DNA of 58,457 nucleotides, filler included, from Sphacelaria rigidula (lineage: Eukaryota): NCBI GenBank assembly GCA_964200075.2. It is 4 parts of 4 records of this genome, joined end to end, with 100 filler letters (N's around TTAATTAATTAA, not from the genome) between each part and the next. Parts side by side here need not be neighbours in the genome. Positions count along the whole stretch, not along the records: positions 1 to 14,540 come from CAXNAA020002192.1; 3 more parts are not named here. The stretch is one strand, 5' to 3'. Below are positions 1 through 12,705 of this stretch, in pieces (position 1 is the stretch's first letter; every line of letters starts with the position of its first letter). Both the position numbers and the translations under genes were made by a program. The notes below the pieces were generated by a model. It was not told where the DNA came from. It saw only the letters and a list, made by a program, of their open reading frames with translations, and searched no databases.

Positions 1-1246
1 AGCTCACCCAGGACGAATCTGAGCTGATGAGCTACGGGTTGGTAGCTCACCTATTGCAAACGTGCGTAGCTCATACAGCTCTCATAGCTTATCCAGGGCG
101 AATATAAGCTGATGAGCTACTGGTTGGTAGCTTACCCAGGGCAAACATGTGTAGCTCACGTAGTTCTCACAGCTCACCTAGGGAAAACGTATGCGGATGA
201 GCTACACTCGATAGTTCACCCGAGTCAAACACGCGTAGCTCACGCAGCTCTTGTAGTTCACCCGGGGAAAACATGAGCGGATGAGCTACGCCCGGTAGCT
301 TACCCCGGGGACACATGGTCGTGGCTCACTCACGTCATATGGCTTGCTCGTCGCTGGCAAACCCTGTGTCACTTATGATGCAACATTCTTGTTCGAACGG
401 ATGGTGCCACATATCATGAGGTTGTGATGTTTTACCTTACTCTTCGCGATAGGAAGAAAATAAGCCAACACATCCTCGTTCGCTTGATCGGATGGTTAAA
501 AAAAGTATTAGTATTCAGTGTCTACAATAGTTGACCGATTCATTTCTTTTGATCGGTTGGCCGCGAGGGTTCGAGTCCATCTGGTTATGCATACGTTTTT
601 CAAGTGAAATTGGGACCGATTCAACAGATGACTTATGCTCGTTGTCAAGGGGTTAGCCCTTTGACCGCGAGGGTTGGCGATCTGATTAATCAGCATAATT
701 CCCTTGATTTTTCGGGTGTGAATGACGCCGATTCAGAGACCTCCTACCCTCGCGGTCAAAGGGATAGGCAATCGTAGCTCTCATAGCTCTCATAGCTCAT
801 CCTGGGCAAACATGTGTAGCTCATGCATCTCTTACAGCTCATACAGGGCAAATATGTGTAGCTCATGCATCACTTATAGCTCATACAGGGCAAATGTGTG
901 TAGCTCATGCAGCTCTCATAGCTTATCCGGGGCAAATATGTGTAGCTCATGCAGCTACCATAGCTCACCCAGGGCTAATATGAGCTGATGAGCTACGGTT
1001 TGGTAGCTCATCCAGGGCAAACATGCGTAGCTCATACAGCTTCCATAGCTTATCCAGGACGAATATGAGTTGATGAGCTACGGGTGGGTAGCTCACGTAC
1101 GGTAAACATGCGTAGCTCATACAGCTCTCATTGCTCACCCCAGGAGAAACATAATATGTAGCTAATGTAGCTCTCATAGCTCACAAGGGAGCTACGCTCA
1201 AAAAGAACTAGCTCGAGCTATTGGGAGCTGATCCGTCCGACGTGTG
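1..1246. mobile_element. Non-autonomous TIR element (right part) filled with AGCT-rich minisatellite
   Basis: Degenerate tandem units such as gtagctcatgcagctctcatagcttatccggggcaaatatgt at 1-330 and 775-1230. Ends in CGTCCGACGTGTG (1234-1246), identical to the right TIR of the 12706-14134 element. Left end lies outside the contig. Confidence 0.7.
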
Positions 1247-1249
1247 ATC

Positions 1250-2190
1250 CCTTCACCTAATGGTAGCTATTGACAAGTACTACACGCCATGCACATTTAG
1301 ATTTCGATAACCGAAATGTTGGGGTCCTAGTCGAAAACCGATTTCGTGGAATTTCGGCGATCCGATCGGATCACCTAATTCCTCAAAAATGTTTCTTCAT
1401 CTAGGACCAAGGGTCTGTCAAAAAACTATTTCGGAACGCGTAGGCCCCAAATTCGAAAATTTGAGTTGTTGAGGGGGGGGGAGGGGAACCCAGCCTGCTG
1501 CCACCTAGTCTACTGCCGAGGCGTTGGCGGATGCGCTCAGCTGCCGTGTGCAGAGATCCTTGGCATGCAGACCGCTGAGATAACGGACACACTGCCCCTC
1601 CAAGCTCATCACCTATGATAGCGTTCACGGGATCATGTCCCGTGTCGTGTGCCTCGATTACCCACCACTAGTAGTCCGGGCAAATTTGGCGAGGCGTGAG
1701 ATAATGTTGCTACTTTGGCTACAGGCTGTCGTTACCGTGCGCTCGTGTATTGCACATAGGTGTGTGTGTGTGTGTGAGCGCTGTCGGCATCCGAGGTCAT
1801 CGGGACAGGGCGGGCAAGGAGCAGAAGCAAATTAGCAAAGCTCGCCAGAATTTTCGGGTTTGGTCTGTGTTCGTTGATCAATTTCTTTCAACAATATCAA
1901 CAAAAACAAGATTACAAAAAAAACACAAAAAAATATGACAATAATCGAAAAAATTCCCTCTGGGAGGGGGAGGGGGTGGGGGGGGCTCCGTGTCCGAATT
2001 TTTCTCTCGACAGACCCTTGCTGGGACCCCAGCATCTCCATTATCAAATCTAAATTTGCAGGGCGTGTAGCAGTTGTCAAAAGCTACCAGTAGGTGAAGG
2101 AATGGGACCAAATTTCGAAGATATGGTGTGGATACGAAGATTTTAACATTCCGGGTTCTCATCCTCGAAAAAAAGCTCCATCCTCAATTT
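1250..2190. mobile_element. Foldback/MITE copy with long inverted arms, left arm truncated
   Basis: 1250-1480 and ~1980-2190 are inverted copies (ggtagctattgacaa / ttgtcaaaagctacc). Both match the arms of the 24965-25395 element. Confidence 0.6.
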
Positions 2191-2639
2191 CGATGATCGA
2201 CAGCTTTCTCAAACCAGAGAGCTGATGGAAACGAAGGAGAGTGGTTGCATGGGCGGTGGAGGTGACCGAGTCCAAGCATCCTTAAACCTGGAGAAAAAAA
2301 AGCCAAAGTTCCTACACGTACGTGAGACTAAATCGGCCCCTCAATTCAACACTGCTCACGTGTTAGTCTTGCCAGCTCATAGACTAGATCTACTGCAAGC
2401 TACGTGACGTAGCTACCTTGGTACAGTACACTACTGTATGACAGACCATGGCAGCGCACTTCTTACAGCAGTATCCTACGTGCTTATGTGGCTTCGCGTG
2501 GAAAGATATCCACGATACAGTTCATGGTTCCTGGTTCGTAGTGGTGGTGAATCCCTGTAGGTATAATAGGTTGTACCGCTATTTACTCTTGTAGTCGACG
2601 CCCTCACACGGGAAAATGCAGCCAGATTATAAGCTGTGT

Positions 2640-3140
2640 CAAGGCTGCGTGTCGATTTTCCAACAGTGCCTCGGCCGCTACGACGCCGTTTGCACCGTGG
2701 GATGACTTGACCGATGACTACGGACTGTGTGAGTGTATCGCAACTGCTGTAGTGTCGATGCAAGGCACATGGGAGAAGCACGCACAGGTATTCCACGCGC
2801 TGGAGTTGGACACAAGCTACGTCCAAGTCGCGACTTTTTTTGTTCTGATTGATTGTCGCACTCTAACTGACCCCTTAGGGGTCCAGCCGTGGTCTTGGAC
2901 ATTGCTTATGCCCACCTCCAGTAGGTTGGCGGTATTTCTCGGCACTGTGCAGCAGGCCGGTTTCTCATCCGCCACGAGGCCGGTTGTACCGTGCGATGGC
3001 TTGGACGATGGCTGCGGACTGTGTGAGTGTACTCCGGATATTATGGTGTCGATGCAAGGCACATGGGACGAACGCGGGCAGGTAATCGAACCGCAGCAGG
3101 ACTTGGACATGACTTATGTTGAAGTCGCGACTTGGAAATA
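2640..3140. repeat. ~295-bp diverged tandem duplication
   Basis: ctgtgtgagtgta...gtgtcgatgcaaggcacatggga...aagtcgcgact occurs at ~2725-2835 and again at ~3020-3132. Confidence 0.7.
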
Positions 3141-3590
3141 GCATTACCCATATTATTATTGCAGGAGCACTTCTTGACACACTGCGAGCGAGTAACAACG
3201 ATACACGACGAGTGTGGCGGTTTCACGGTATCTGCAGGAGCTTCTCTGTAAGATCAGTTTGACCAACTCGAACCTGTCAGGGCAAAACGATATGGACGCC
3301 GCAGCATTTGGTGTGTTCCGAAAGCAAGAGGTGGTGTACACGTGTCTGTCTCTGGGTGTAGTCTATACATGTGTAGTCGAAGACATCCCAAACAGAACAT
3401 GGTCGAAAGTACCCCGACCGAGCAGAAACGTCGCGGAGCTTTCCCTGGAGCACGAGACGTCGTGTTCCGCAACTTGCGGCGTAATATTCGAGGTTCTAGG
3501 GAGCACGCGGAACGGCGCTGACGGCTGACATGCAGTCGTGATTGACCACAGAGGACAAATGTACTGTTTACCGCAAAAAAAAGTGAACCT

Positions 3591-4900
3591 TTGTGCAGTT
3601 GCTTTCGAATTTTGTCACATTATGCACTCCCGCCCCCAACCCAGCTTGGGAGGGGGGGAGGGGGAAGGAAAACCTCATGAATCACCCGTTCAAAAACAGT
3701 TTGACTCCTCACGTATCCGACCGTTGGCTCCCATCTGGAGATTGCGCTGAGCGCAGTCGCACCAGCCTCAAGCATCAACACCGATCTCCCCATCAGCCTG
3801 CGAGTGCACCCAGTTTGTGGTGTACCCACGCCACTCAGCCAGCGTTCTGCCGACAAGAACCCAAATGCGTGCACCAGGAATGTATACCCGCACGCCCCAC
3901 AACTTAACCCCACTAAAACAAAACGACGTCTGCCGACATAAAACACTGGAGGCACAATGGTTCCGTCGGCCCACGGCATGCTCCGTTCCACTACGCGTAT
4001 AGCGATGGGAACACGCCTGCGTCTAGAAGAATCGGATGAATTCCTTCACGATCGCGTGCTCACGATCCCCTCCGTGTCCGTTCAAACAAAATAAACAAAC
4101 AAACAAACCATCGCAGGGCGCGCCGGCCCAATGACATATCACACGCCTGCTGGACCCTGCCATCGTACACCGTCTTCCGCGCCACTTCCTCCGTCGAAAG
4201 CATCGGGCGGATGGTCGAAAAGAGGTTCGGAAAATACCATCACACTCTGAACACTGCCGCGGAAAAACCCGGCCCTCGGAATAACTTCTGTGAGGAAAAA
4301 CCCGATTCCCAGGGGGAAAACCCTCGACAGTGGCGCCATGCGCCGCAAACACAATCCGATAATGGCCAAACCCAATCCAATCCGATCAAACGTCAAAGGC
4401 AGGGGTGGGCGGGAATTTTTTCAGACAACATCGATTCGCGATGCTGTCACCAACTGATAGTCGCACCATACCCGTGTCCCGGATCTCATAAACCTCGACT
4501 TTAACCCAGACACCGTCATTGTCACTTCACCGTGGATGCCCTTGCCCCTGTACCTTACTGCTTATCCCACACTGAACTGACTCACCCGGCTCATCACACA
4601 GGTAATCTTGCAGGTCAATGTGTTCTGAAATGGCTTCTAGATACTGCAACCACTATAAACATCTGGAAAAATTCTTCCCGCTTCACCACAAAACATGGAT
4701 TCCTCCCGGACACAGAATCGAGCCTCTTGTGCAGTCGCTTCCGAATTTTGTCACATTATGCACTCCCGCCCCCAACCCAGCTTGACGGGGGGGGGGGGGG
4801 AAACCTCATGAATCACCCGTTCAAAAACAGTGTGACTCCTCACGTATCCGACCGTTGGCTCCCATCTGGAGATCACGCTGAGCGCAGTTGCACCAGCCTC
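3591..4900. repeat. Pair of ~175-bp direct repeats (3591-3769 and 4727-4900); probable split direct repeats of the adjacent YR retrotransposon
   Basis: Near-identical ttgtgcagt...gaattttgtcacattatgcactcccgcccccaacccagc...gcgcagt..caccagcctc in both copies. Confidence 0.75.
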
Positions 4901-5147
4901 CACAAGAACCTAAGCCGACGCGCGGATACAACATGCCTCCCCTATGCTCTCCCCCGCCACACCAATGCAATCCATTCTGTAGGGGCATGACACTTCCGTG
5001 CACATGGGACCGACAACTTAGGCTCGGCTCCAATTTCGGCATCCAATCCTCTTTGTTGGCACATGATTGTACTACTCTTCACTTGTTCATTTATTTACCG
5101 TATGTTACGGTATCCCCTTCATCGCCACTATTTTGATGTAGCATCCA

Positions 5148-5995
5148 TCATGTAACTCGGCGCGTCATGAGCCGCCTTTCCCCGACGAGGTCTCTACTCG
5201 TCCCTCTATTCCGTGCCCTGACCAGGCTGCTGATCCCACCTCTATGCCGATCGACAAAAACTTCTGACACCAAACCGCAGATAGTGGCTACTCGTACCTT
5301 CTTTTGCGACATCCTTAGGGTCATCCCTGCCGCGGACAAGTGTGTGGTGCCACCAATGCACAACTCTGCAGGCGTAAGCCCAGCCAACGCCACCACTTGC
5401 CGCAACGTAGTCACTGCATCATACCGGGTCAATTTCAAAATTCCCCCGTTATTCCACACACCGCACGCCATCAGCGGGGCATCGACAGGGAACGCTTCAT
5501 AAACTGACAAGAGCTTCAGCACTAGCGCGACCGTTCCGCCTTCGTCTCGAAATGCCAACGGAAATCCCAAGCGAACACGCGTCCCGATCGAGCGGGAATT
5601 AACCCCTTCGGGCTCCCGGAGACGCACGTCCACCCGATCTGCCGTACCCCAATCACGTGGACCCAACTGCGTCTTTCCCCGATGATATACCGCATCACTT
5701 CTACGCACAGATGTACTGGGTGATAAGACCGAAACAGGATGAGCATACATCCCGTGTGATCTCGTCAAAAGGAAAATGAGGCACATATACCCAACCACAG
5801 TAGGTAACCATCCGGGCTCCACGCAAGGTACAAATGTCCCCCATCCAACAGCACCGACAATGGAGCGGCCGCCAAAGTCGCTGCTATATTTCCATCACAA
5901 CGCGGTTACGCTTCAATCCCATCAACGCATTCTTAATAAACGATTATCCCTGGTACGTTCTTGCAGACGACCGCGCGATGGCATTTTGGACGAGC
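5148..5995 (-). pseudogene. Degenerate tyrosine recombinase of a DIRS/Ngaro-type retrotransposon
   Basis: Minus-strand peptides LVQNAIARSSARTYQG (N-terminal region), FLLTRS, and LRQVVALAGLTPAELCIGGTTHLSAAG (decayed HSLRIGGAT box). Frameshifted. Confidence 0.75.
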
Positions 5996-5999
5996 CCGA

Positions 6000-8060
6000 G
6001 TCCAAAAGCCCGAACACAGATGCCTCCCCTTTGTCCTGATGTCCTGCATATGCCATTGAATATCGGGACAGCGGGACGAGAGGTTAGCGGAAACACAACC
6101 CATGGGCCACCACAAAATTGCTTTAGCCACATCATCGAAGATTCGTGGAACATGCTTCGTCTCAAGACTACGCCCGAGTCGATTTCCAGCACACCAAGCA
6201 TGAGCATCACAGCACCCGAACGCGGCTCCTTACCGCTCTGCGCTTATTCATACCCACATTGTGTCGTACGAGTTGTCTCCGTACAACCTCACGCAACCAG
6301 CTCATAACCCTGGACGTCTCCTGTAGTGAAGAAATATTACCGGCGCCGACAATACCGTACCCAATTGTTCCAGTACATTGATCGAATATCATCATCCGAG
6401 TGAACAGTAGGACCTCCAAAACGGGATTGTTCCTCAGCAGTAAAGTCATACCGCTGCCACATGCCCGACGGCAAACAATAGCCCCTGACAGCCGCGTCCG
6501 ACGCATCCGAAGGCAAGGACAACGTGGGCGGGTGCAAAGCCAACCGTTATACCGGGGATGCTATTGCTGTTCCACGCCGCGACAATCCATAGTCAACGAC
6601 GAAGCGCCACACGCTAGATCACCGTGAACCTCCAGGCTCAATACCACCACCAACGCCACTCGTCTAGATAATCGTAACACTCCGCGCTCAATACCACGAT
6701 TCGCACCATCCCGCCCTCTTCTTTTTTTTTCTTTTCTTTTTTAAAGGCATCCCCCATCACAACTCGGGACGAGGATATATATACACATATATATATATAT
6801 ACACATATATATATATATACCGGGGATAACGATGCTGCTGCTCCGCACAGCGACAACCCATCGTCAACCAGCCAACGCCGTACGTCCGAATCATCATGAA
6901 ATTCCGGGCTCAATACCATCACCCGCGACTTCGTCGCCGCCCTCTTTGAAACAATCCCCTGTCATAACACTGGACAGGGAGGGGCGGCGCGTCTCAGTCG
7001 ATGCGGGCCCAATACCGCCACCCGCGACATCGTCGCCGCTCTCTTTGAAAATTATCCCCCGTCACAACACTGGACGGGGAGAGGCGGCGCACCCCAGCCG
7101 ATGCGAGCATGCGGTGAACAAAGGGCTTTCCCGGACGTGAAATCAATGAGACGTGCAGCAGAAAAACAGCCAACGACGAAATGTCTCTATCTGGTGCACG
7201 TTCTCTACGTCACTGCAACCACACGCCTTTGCAATTTGTTGCTGTTTGCGTCTGAATGCGAAATGGCGAGGGCGTCAGCATCGATCACGAAACCCAGTAC
7301 TTCCAATCGTGTAATGTATCCCCGGCCGACATTTTGTTTTTGCATCAAGCAACGCTCGCCGAGAAAACGCACATGACCATAAAATAAGGGCCTCGCCCCA
7401 AACATCATTCGCCATCTGGGAAAAAAAGAAAGGGCCTTCTGACAGTATACTGTCATCAACATAGGTCCACGTGAAAGAGGGATGACCAACCCTGCCGCCA
7501 CCCCCTCGGAACTGCCTTACCATCCACGGACAGGGTGGCAATGCGCCCCTGTCGCCGCCGTGCTATCTTGACAGACTGAGCCGCACGGCGGTCGATGTCT
7601 GTCACCGCATGCGTGGGAAAAAAGAAGGGGATGTTGGTGTACGAATATTCCGAGGCAGCCGCCATCAAGCCGTGAAGTCCGGGACTGCTGCCGGTTGACT
7701 CGATTTGATTTGATTACCGCAAATTAAGCGACCACCCAAGGATCCAACGGCGGTAACATGATAGTTGTACCCGAGACATAACAACACTGAAACATTTGCT
7801 GAAGAAAAAGGGAGGTACAGAAAAGGTAGGACAGAACAACACAGGAGACTGGAACAGTGCGCGCTGAGGGGCCAAATTTCTACCGCGAGGACACAATACG
7901 TAGCAGGACTTACAACACCCACCTATCTCACGAGGTAGTGCCTGTAGAAATTTGGTCTCCGCGTCAACACTCGTGTGCGACGATGAACCAGGGGAAAAGG
8001 TGAGATCATGAATGATACGAAATATATGGCGCACTAAAACCTTCAATGTGGAGACGAGGC
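6000..8060 (-). pseudogene. Degenerate reverse transcriptase/RNase H of the same YR retrotransposon
   Basis: Minus-strand motifs in the expected order: RIIHDLTFS (~8000), SSPGLHGLMAAA (~7670), TYVDDSIL (~7455), LEVLGFVID (~7295), then RNase H SDASDAAVRGY (~6500). Many frameshifts; interrupted at ~6640-7140. Confidence 0.75.
6905..7110. repeat. Two ~100-bp tandem units in a secondary insertion between RT and RNase H; (TA)n-like tract at ~6775-6820
   Basis: caatacc..cacccgcgac.tcgtcgccgc.ctctttgaaa...aacactggac.ggga...gcggcgc occurs twice. Confidence 0.7.
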
Positions 8061-8856
8061 GGACGCCTTTCAGCCGGTTTTGGACCAAAGCACGTTCTGG
8101 GCGAGCTGGGTCTACTGCTCACCGCTGCTCACCTGCCCCAGACCATGAATTTTCTCAGAACGTTTTCAGCCTGAAATCAAGTAAAATCGAGTACCAGCCA
8201 TTGTTTACGTACAAATCCTCAGATCTTCTGGTGGAGACACGGAAATTTGAAATATCGAAGATCCGCCTCATGTCAAACACCAGCGCGCAACCTTTCAAAA
8301 CATTCAAGCGCAGTCGTTCAAATAGAGTATACGGTATTTGTGATCGCACATACCATCATATGATCCACACAGCCTAATGCATTGGCCAACTTCTCACGTG
8401 CTAGGACATCAATGGGTACCCCCTGTTCTGGCACACACACCAACAGGCAAATTCGAGGACAACTCTACAAGTCGCCGAACTATGGACGAGTGCTTTGCAC
8501 ATCCACCTGAGATCCAAATAATTCCTCGCCCATACGGGTGACAACCATCCCAACATCACCGTCACACATGAGCAACAAGGCAGCCGGGTGATGCCGGACA
8601 GCCGGTATTCCACAGTCAGGATAGGCAATCGTCTTTCCATACATTTTAACCCTCAGACAGCGAGCATCGCCTCGGAACAGTTGTACCGGCAGACAGTCCC
8701 GAGACATCCGGGGATTTCCAGAGCTCGGGGGGGGGGGGGGGTTTCTGAGGGGGGGGGGGGGGGGGGTTTCCGCCCAAAAAAAAAGGTAGCCGCAAGAGCA
8801 AACCCTGGTATTNNNNNNNNNNGAGGGGGGGGGGCGGGACGTGGCGGGCGGGGCGG

Positions 8857-8892
<36 letters not shown>

Positions 8893-10152
8893 TGGGGGGG
8901 GGGGGGGGGGGTGTCTCTCCGCAGAGAATCAGAGCAGCTCACGCACTCAACCATGTGTATTTAGAAGTTTCTCGCGGAAAATTATGAGCCGTGCGCGAGG
9001 CCCGAGAGGCGCGGGATGACCATCCCGACCAATCTCGGTCGTCAAAATGAGCACTTTTGTTCCGTTAAGGCAAGACTCTGTAAGACTACATAGTTGTCAA
9101 GCATGAAATTTCATTTTAGTCTCGTTTTAGTCAACCATAGATATTATTTTTTTAAAGTGTGTGTTTGTTGCTTCTGTGATCGAGTGCACTGTACTGTTGT
9201 TGTTCAGTACTGCCTCAGCTGCGTCGTCCTAGCTGCATACCAACACCTGACATAAAACTAACGGCGCGACACGCGAGCCCCCACGACGAGTATCCAGTGC
9301 ACATTGCGGTTGACGCCCACATTGATGGAGATGCGACCGTTATTGCGGATCAGTCATTGGAGGTTTGCGCACACTTCCGACACTATCTTCGAGAGTTCGC
9401 TCACGAGGCTGCAACAGCTGTCTGGGGCGAGGCGGCGAATACACAATGGGTCAACCCCGGGGCTGGACGCTAGTGTGAAGGGTGACGCGCTCATAAAGGC
9501 GGCCGCGGCTCATGTTGATCTGTGCTGGGAGGCGTGGTGGCCAAGCAGGGTTCGACGTTCGCGAAGGAAAACCGCAATCAGGTGAGGACAAGCCTTTGGT
9601 GTATCTGTGCATTTTGAGGCGGTGTCACCTACTCTGCTCAGCGAGGTGTCGTCGCCATCGAACTAACTCACGCTTGGAGGTTAGGTCCATTTTGGCACAT
9701 GGTGCAGTAAGTAATATGTAGCACTCTATAACATTGCGTGACGGCGGTCTTATTGAGAGGTACCGCACTTGCTTTACACAAGGAGATGCTATCGCATCAA
9801 ACCGGCCCGTGTTCAGCAAATACTCACTCTCTGGCTATACTTCAATATATATGAAATGTACAGTATGGGAGTAGGGTTAATTTGTTTTTCGTACTGTACT
9901 GTCTGTAAACATACTGCACAACAGTACAGGGGCCGTCACCGCTTGAAGCCTGGAAGGTATCGGAGGGAGGTGTGCCATGCGGCCTATTTCACAGATAGTC
10001 GCGAGTGTGCGATGTGCGACGTCGACGACCTTCTGCTTTAAAACAAATTGCACGCAACACACTACATACACGTGCGGCACCTACAGTCACGCATTAGTTA
10101 CGGGCAGCTGTCGATGCTCCGGTCTCCATGTATGTGATGACTGTACAGATTG

Positions 10153-10745
10153 CACAGGCACCTTCGGAAAGGTGGAAACTAGTACCCGGTACGCCGGTAT
10201 TTGGGTCATCTCACACCCTACCGATACCGTCCCCACCGTGTATTACAAATATCATATCCACGACACCCACGATACCACGGTATTTCGAGATGTCAATACC
10301 TACCGTACCCGCTCAATCGGGTTTTTTCGAATGTCATACCTACGATACCCACGATACCACGGTGTCTCGAGGTTTCAATACTTACCTACCGTACTCGCCC
10401 AATCGGGTATTTTCAAAAATCGTACCTACGATACCTACGATATCACCGTATTTCGAGATTTCAATACCCACTGTACCCGCTAAATCGGGTATTTTCAAAA
10501 CTCATACCTACGATATACATGATACTACCGTATTGCGCTAATTCAACACCTACCGTACCCGCTCAATCAGGTATTGTCCAAACACATACCTACGATACCT
10601 ACGATACCACGATATTTGGAGATTTCAATACCTACCGTACCCGTTCAATTGGATATTTTCAAAACTCATATCTACGATACCCACGCAAACCACGGTATGG
10701 GACACCCCGGGAAATACCAGGGATATACCCGGTAAATACCGGACG
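10153..10745 (+). mobile_element. CACAGG-TIR element carrying ~75-80-bp GATACC minisatellite
   Basis: Starts CACAGGCACC like the 17107 element. About 6 units of cgatacc.acgataccacggtatttcgagatttcaatacctaccgtacccgc..aatcgggtatttt. Right TIR degraded. Confidence 0.7.
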
Positions 10746-11579
10746 CGATGCGACCCCCCCGGTGCAGCAGCTGGTCCCAACTTACATAAAGGCTAGAAGT
10801 TGTCAGAGCAGGTACGTCTTGTTTTCACAAGTAGTATACACCCAGATTCCCCCTGATTTTTGTGTTGGAGTCAATTCGATGAACTTATTATTATGTAGAC
10901 TGATGTTCTGGGTGAATGGACATAAATAATTTTTCATCGTTACGGTGCCGTACATGATTTCATAATTCGTGAAGATGACATACTACACGATAATATTCCA
11001 CGTGCAAGCAAGCAGAGAGAAAAAACGACAAGGAGGACAAGTAACAAGAAAACGTGAGGGGTCGCAAGAGGCATACAAACTAGATGACAAGGTGCCAAAT
11101 TACCAAATAAATACCCTTACATATATATATATATACATATATATACCGTTATTACTGCGCCATTACCGGGTGCTCTACATGAAAAAACACAACCACATGG
11201 AGAGGCAAACTCTGCCCTTGCGTACTACTGTACCTCCCCTTACGTACAACTGCAACACCTTAGTGCCACAACTTACAGCGCTACCCCCTCGGAATGAAAA
11301 CCTGACCATTGCATTTCAAATTTGCACTCACTTCTGCTCCACCCTCAGAATGCTCTCGTCCCTGCACCCACGTCAACAACCACGAAGATCACCACGCGGT
11401 ACTCATGATCGATCCATGGATTGGGTGTCTCACCCTGTCAGCTGATTGCAACAATCCAGCTGAGGATCATGATGGGGTTCTGTGTGCTTTGAGGTCTGCA
11501 GGTTAGCGTTGTGCGTTGTGTGCGTGTGGGGGTGGGGCTGCCCGCCTTGAGCACATCGATATTTTCATTGCCGAACTTG

Positions 11580-11780
11580 CACAGGGATCTCAAACGCTTT
11601 TCCGCACTGCCGGATGACAGTTTTGAAATCGGTATAGAGGGTAAGGCATGTACCCCGTACTGGTATTTCGGACATCTTATACCCTACCGATACCGACTCA
11701 ATCGGGTATTTTCAAGTGTCATATCTACGATACCCACGATACCACGTTATTTCAAGATACCAGTACCTACCGTACCTCTT
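11580..11780 (+). mobile_element. Truncated copy of the GATACC-minisatellite element (variant left end CACAGGGATCTC)
   Basis: Aligns with 17446-17640 (gatct.aaacgctt..cgcactgcc.gatg.cagttt...ggtatagagggtaaggca). Confidence 0.65.
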
Positions 11781-12705
11781 CCTTTCGTACCTGTTCCTTT
11801 CGCGATCCGTGAACACCGCGAAGCGAACGGCGTTCACCTTTTCTGTTGCCACGGAATAGGCGTTCGTCTCAACTGGGGAACGAGCCTTATGTATGGAGAG
11901 GTACAGAGGGGCCAATCAGGTTTGGTCTAGCGATTCCTGCCCGCCACGGGTTGGCGCCGAAGGCGCAAAGGCGGAGGGTGTGTACCAGAAGTAACACATC
12001 ATGTTTCGACGTCAACACCCTCCCATGGATGACATATCTTCGTGTATGTTTTTGTCGCTCGAAAAAGTGTGGTGGAAAAACAAATTGCCATTGCATATGT
12101 CCACCGCATTCTGCTCCTAGTTGGCATCAACGATTGTTTTATAATCACGGCGTGCCTTCGCACATCATCTTTATATCGGAAATGTACCGTGGAAAAGGAA
12201 GACTCTGATTTGATAGGCCGTGATTTCACCTATTTCGTATCAAACTATTGTCTCCGCACATTTGTCCGATCTCTCGAACCCGTGGCCACATATGTAGGCT
12301 CGTCCTTCCAATACCGTTCCTGCTATTCACCTGTCGTGGTTTATTTTGAAGCTGGTTCAAATTACGACCTATTTCATCCGAGTTTCTGTTTTCCACTGCA
12401 CGTTTCGATCCAAATATGATATGCTAAGACACGGCCTTGGTGGCTAGCGAAGCAAAGGGAAAAACAGTAAGGCCAACCTTTTTCTAACAAAAAATGCGGG
12501 GGAAAGGCACGAAGAGGCGCTGGACCCCTAGCTTACAGACTACCACGCCACATACCATCCGTCTACATGATCATGCAAACTAGTATACACCACTCATCGC
12601 TGGCTCCGGTCGCAACCCTGCAGCATTGAACAGGAGTTGAGCACAGGGATGGATGCACTGCAGTAGTTGCATATGCTGTATGTACATCTTGTCGGCGAAA
12701 ACTTG

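Larger units (their letters stand above)
3591..8700 (-). mobile_element. Decayed Ngaro/DIRS-like tyrosine-recombinase retrotransposon
   Basis: RT-RH-YR order on the minus strand with a direct-repeat pair at the 3' side. The 5' boundary is uncertain (poly-G and Ns near 8720-8910). Confidence 0.65.

Noticed and set aside
8588..9019. Gly-rich/Pro-rich ORFs
   Set aside because: They derive from poly-G runs around Ns (low-quality sequence); the same applies to poly-C at 32297-32453.
9977..10929. Long overlapping ORFs (168, 137, 242 aa)
   Set aside because: They are translations of the GATACC minisatellite, open in several frames.
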